Source of the DNA: Candidatus Helarchaeota ASGARD archaeon Hel_GB_B
GTDB taxonomy: Archaea; Asgardarchaeota; Lokiarchaeia; Helarchaeales; HEL-GB-B
DNA length: 5,758 nt
Assembly: GCA_005191425.1 (NCBI GenBank)
Contig: SUPR01000165.1
Coordinates: 1-5,758 of the forward strand
Reading direction: 5' to 3'
The notes below the pieces were generated by a model. The model was not told the DNA's origin. It saw only the letters and a program-made list of their open reading frames with translations, and did not search any database. This document shows, piece by piece, positions 5,525-5,758 of the stretch. Every line of letters begins with the position of its first letter. The first letter of the stretch is position 1. The translations under genes and the position numbers were made by a program.

Positions 5525-5758
5525 ATGACATTCCTAGAAATCCCAGACTTATACCCAAACTTCTCTAATGAGTGTGACCCGCGTAGTATTAAACGAGATG
5601 GGCATGATACATCTGTGCGTGGCAATCCTCAAAAATATACCTGCAAAAGTTGCCAAAAGACTTTCTATGCGCATACCAGTGCTTTTTTCAAAAATTTAAT
5701 CCCATCGATTAGTAATACTATTACTAAATTCTTTAAAAATGGGACTATTGATTTAAAA
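5525..5758 (+). CDS. Transposase-like protein, N-terminal zinc ribbon (partial, 78 codons, open at window edge)
   Basis: Manual translation: MTFLEIPDLYPNFSNECDPRSIKRDGHDTSVRGNPQKYTCKSCQKTFYAHTSAFFKNLIPSISNTITKFFKNGTIDLK. The segment IKRDGH...GNPQKYTCKSCQKTF matches the InsA/IS1-type ribbon pattern (K.G....G.Q.Y.CK.C...F). The DDE domain is not visible. Confidence 0.75.
   Translation, partial: MTFLEIPDLYPNFSNECDPRSIKRDGHDTSVRGNPQKYTCKSCQKTFYAHTSAFFKNLIPSISNTITKFFKNGTIDLK

Larger units (their letters stand above)
5458..5758 (+). mobile_element. Left part of a putative insertion sequence (IS6/IS1-like), running off the window
   Basis: Candidate terminal repeat GGCGAGCTTGGAAAT at 5458-5472 resembles IS6-family GGC...TTGCAAA ends. 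It lies 67 nt upstream of a zinc-ribbon transposase-like ORF, with a local rise in GC. The right end is not visible. Confidence 0.55.

Noticed and set aside
1-5758. CRISPR array or rRNA
   Set aside because: No regularly spaced 25-40 nt repeats and no long GC-rich structured RNA were seen.

Overview
Very AT-rich archaeal chromosomal segment. The domain call rests on an A1:U72 tRNA-Gln with a bulge-helix-bulge intron and no encoded CCA, plus TATA-type promoter motifs; an Asgard/Lokiarchaeia-like origin is only a guess. The minus strand carries, in transcription order, a DrrA/DrrB-like ABC-2 exporter (ATPase, permease), two dissimilar DUF72 (YecE-like TIM-barrel) paralogues, and tRNA-Gln(CUG) with a 21-nt intron. 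The second DUF72 has an extra ~78-aa C-terminal domain. The plus strand carries a divergent 148-aa orphan (coiled coil plus possible winged helix), a 64-aa single-pass membrane protein, and, missed by the ORF track, the truncated start of a zinc-ribbon transposase-like gene behind a candidate IS6/IS1-like left end. The best lead is a possible efflux plus nucleic-acid-repair module, which is inference only.
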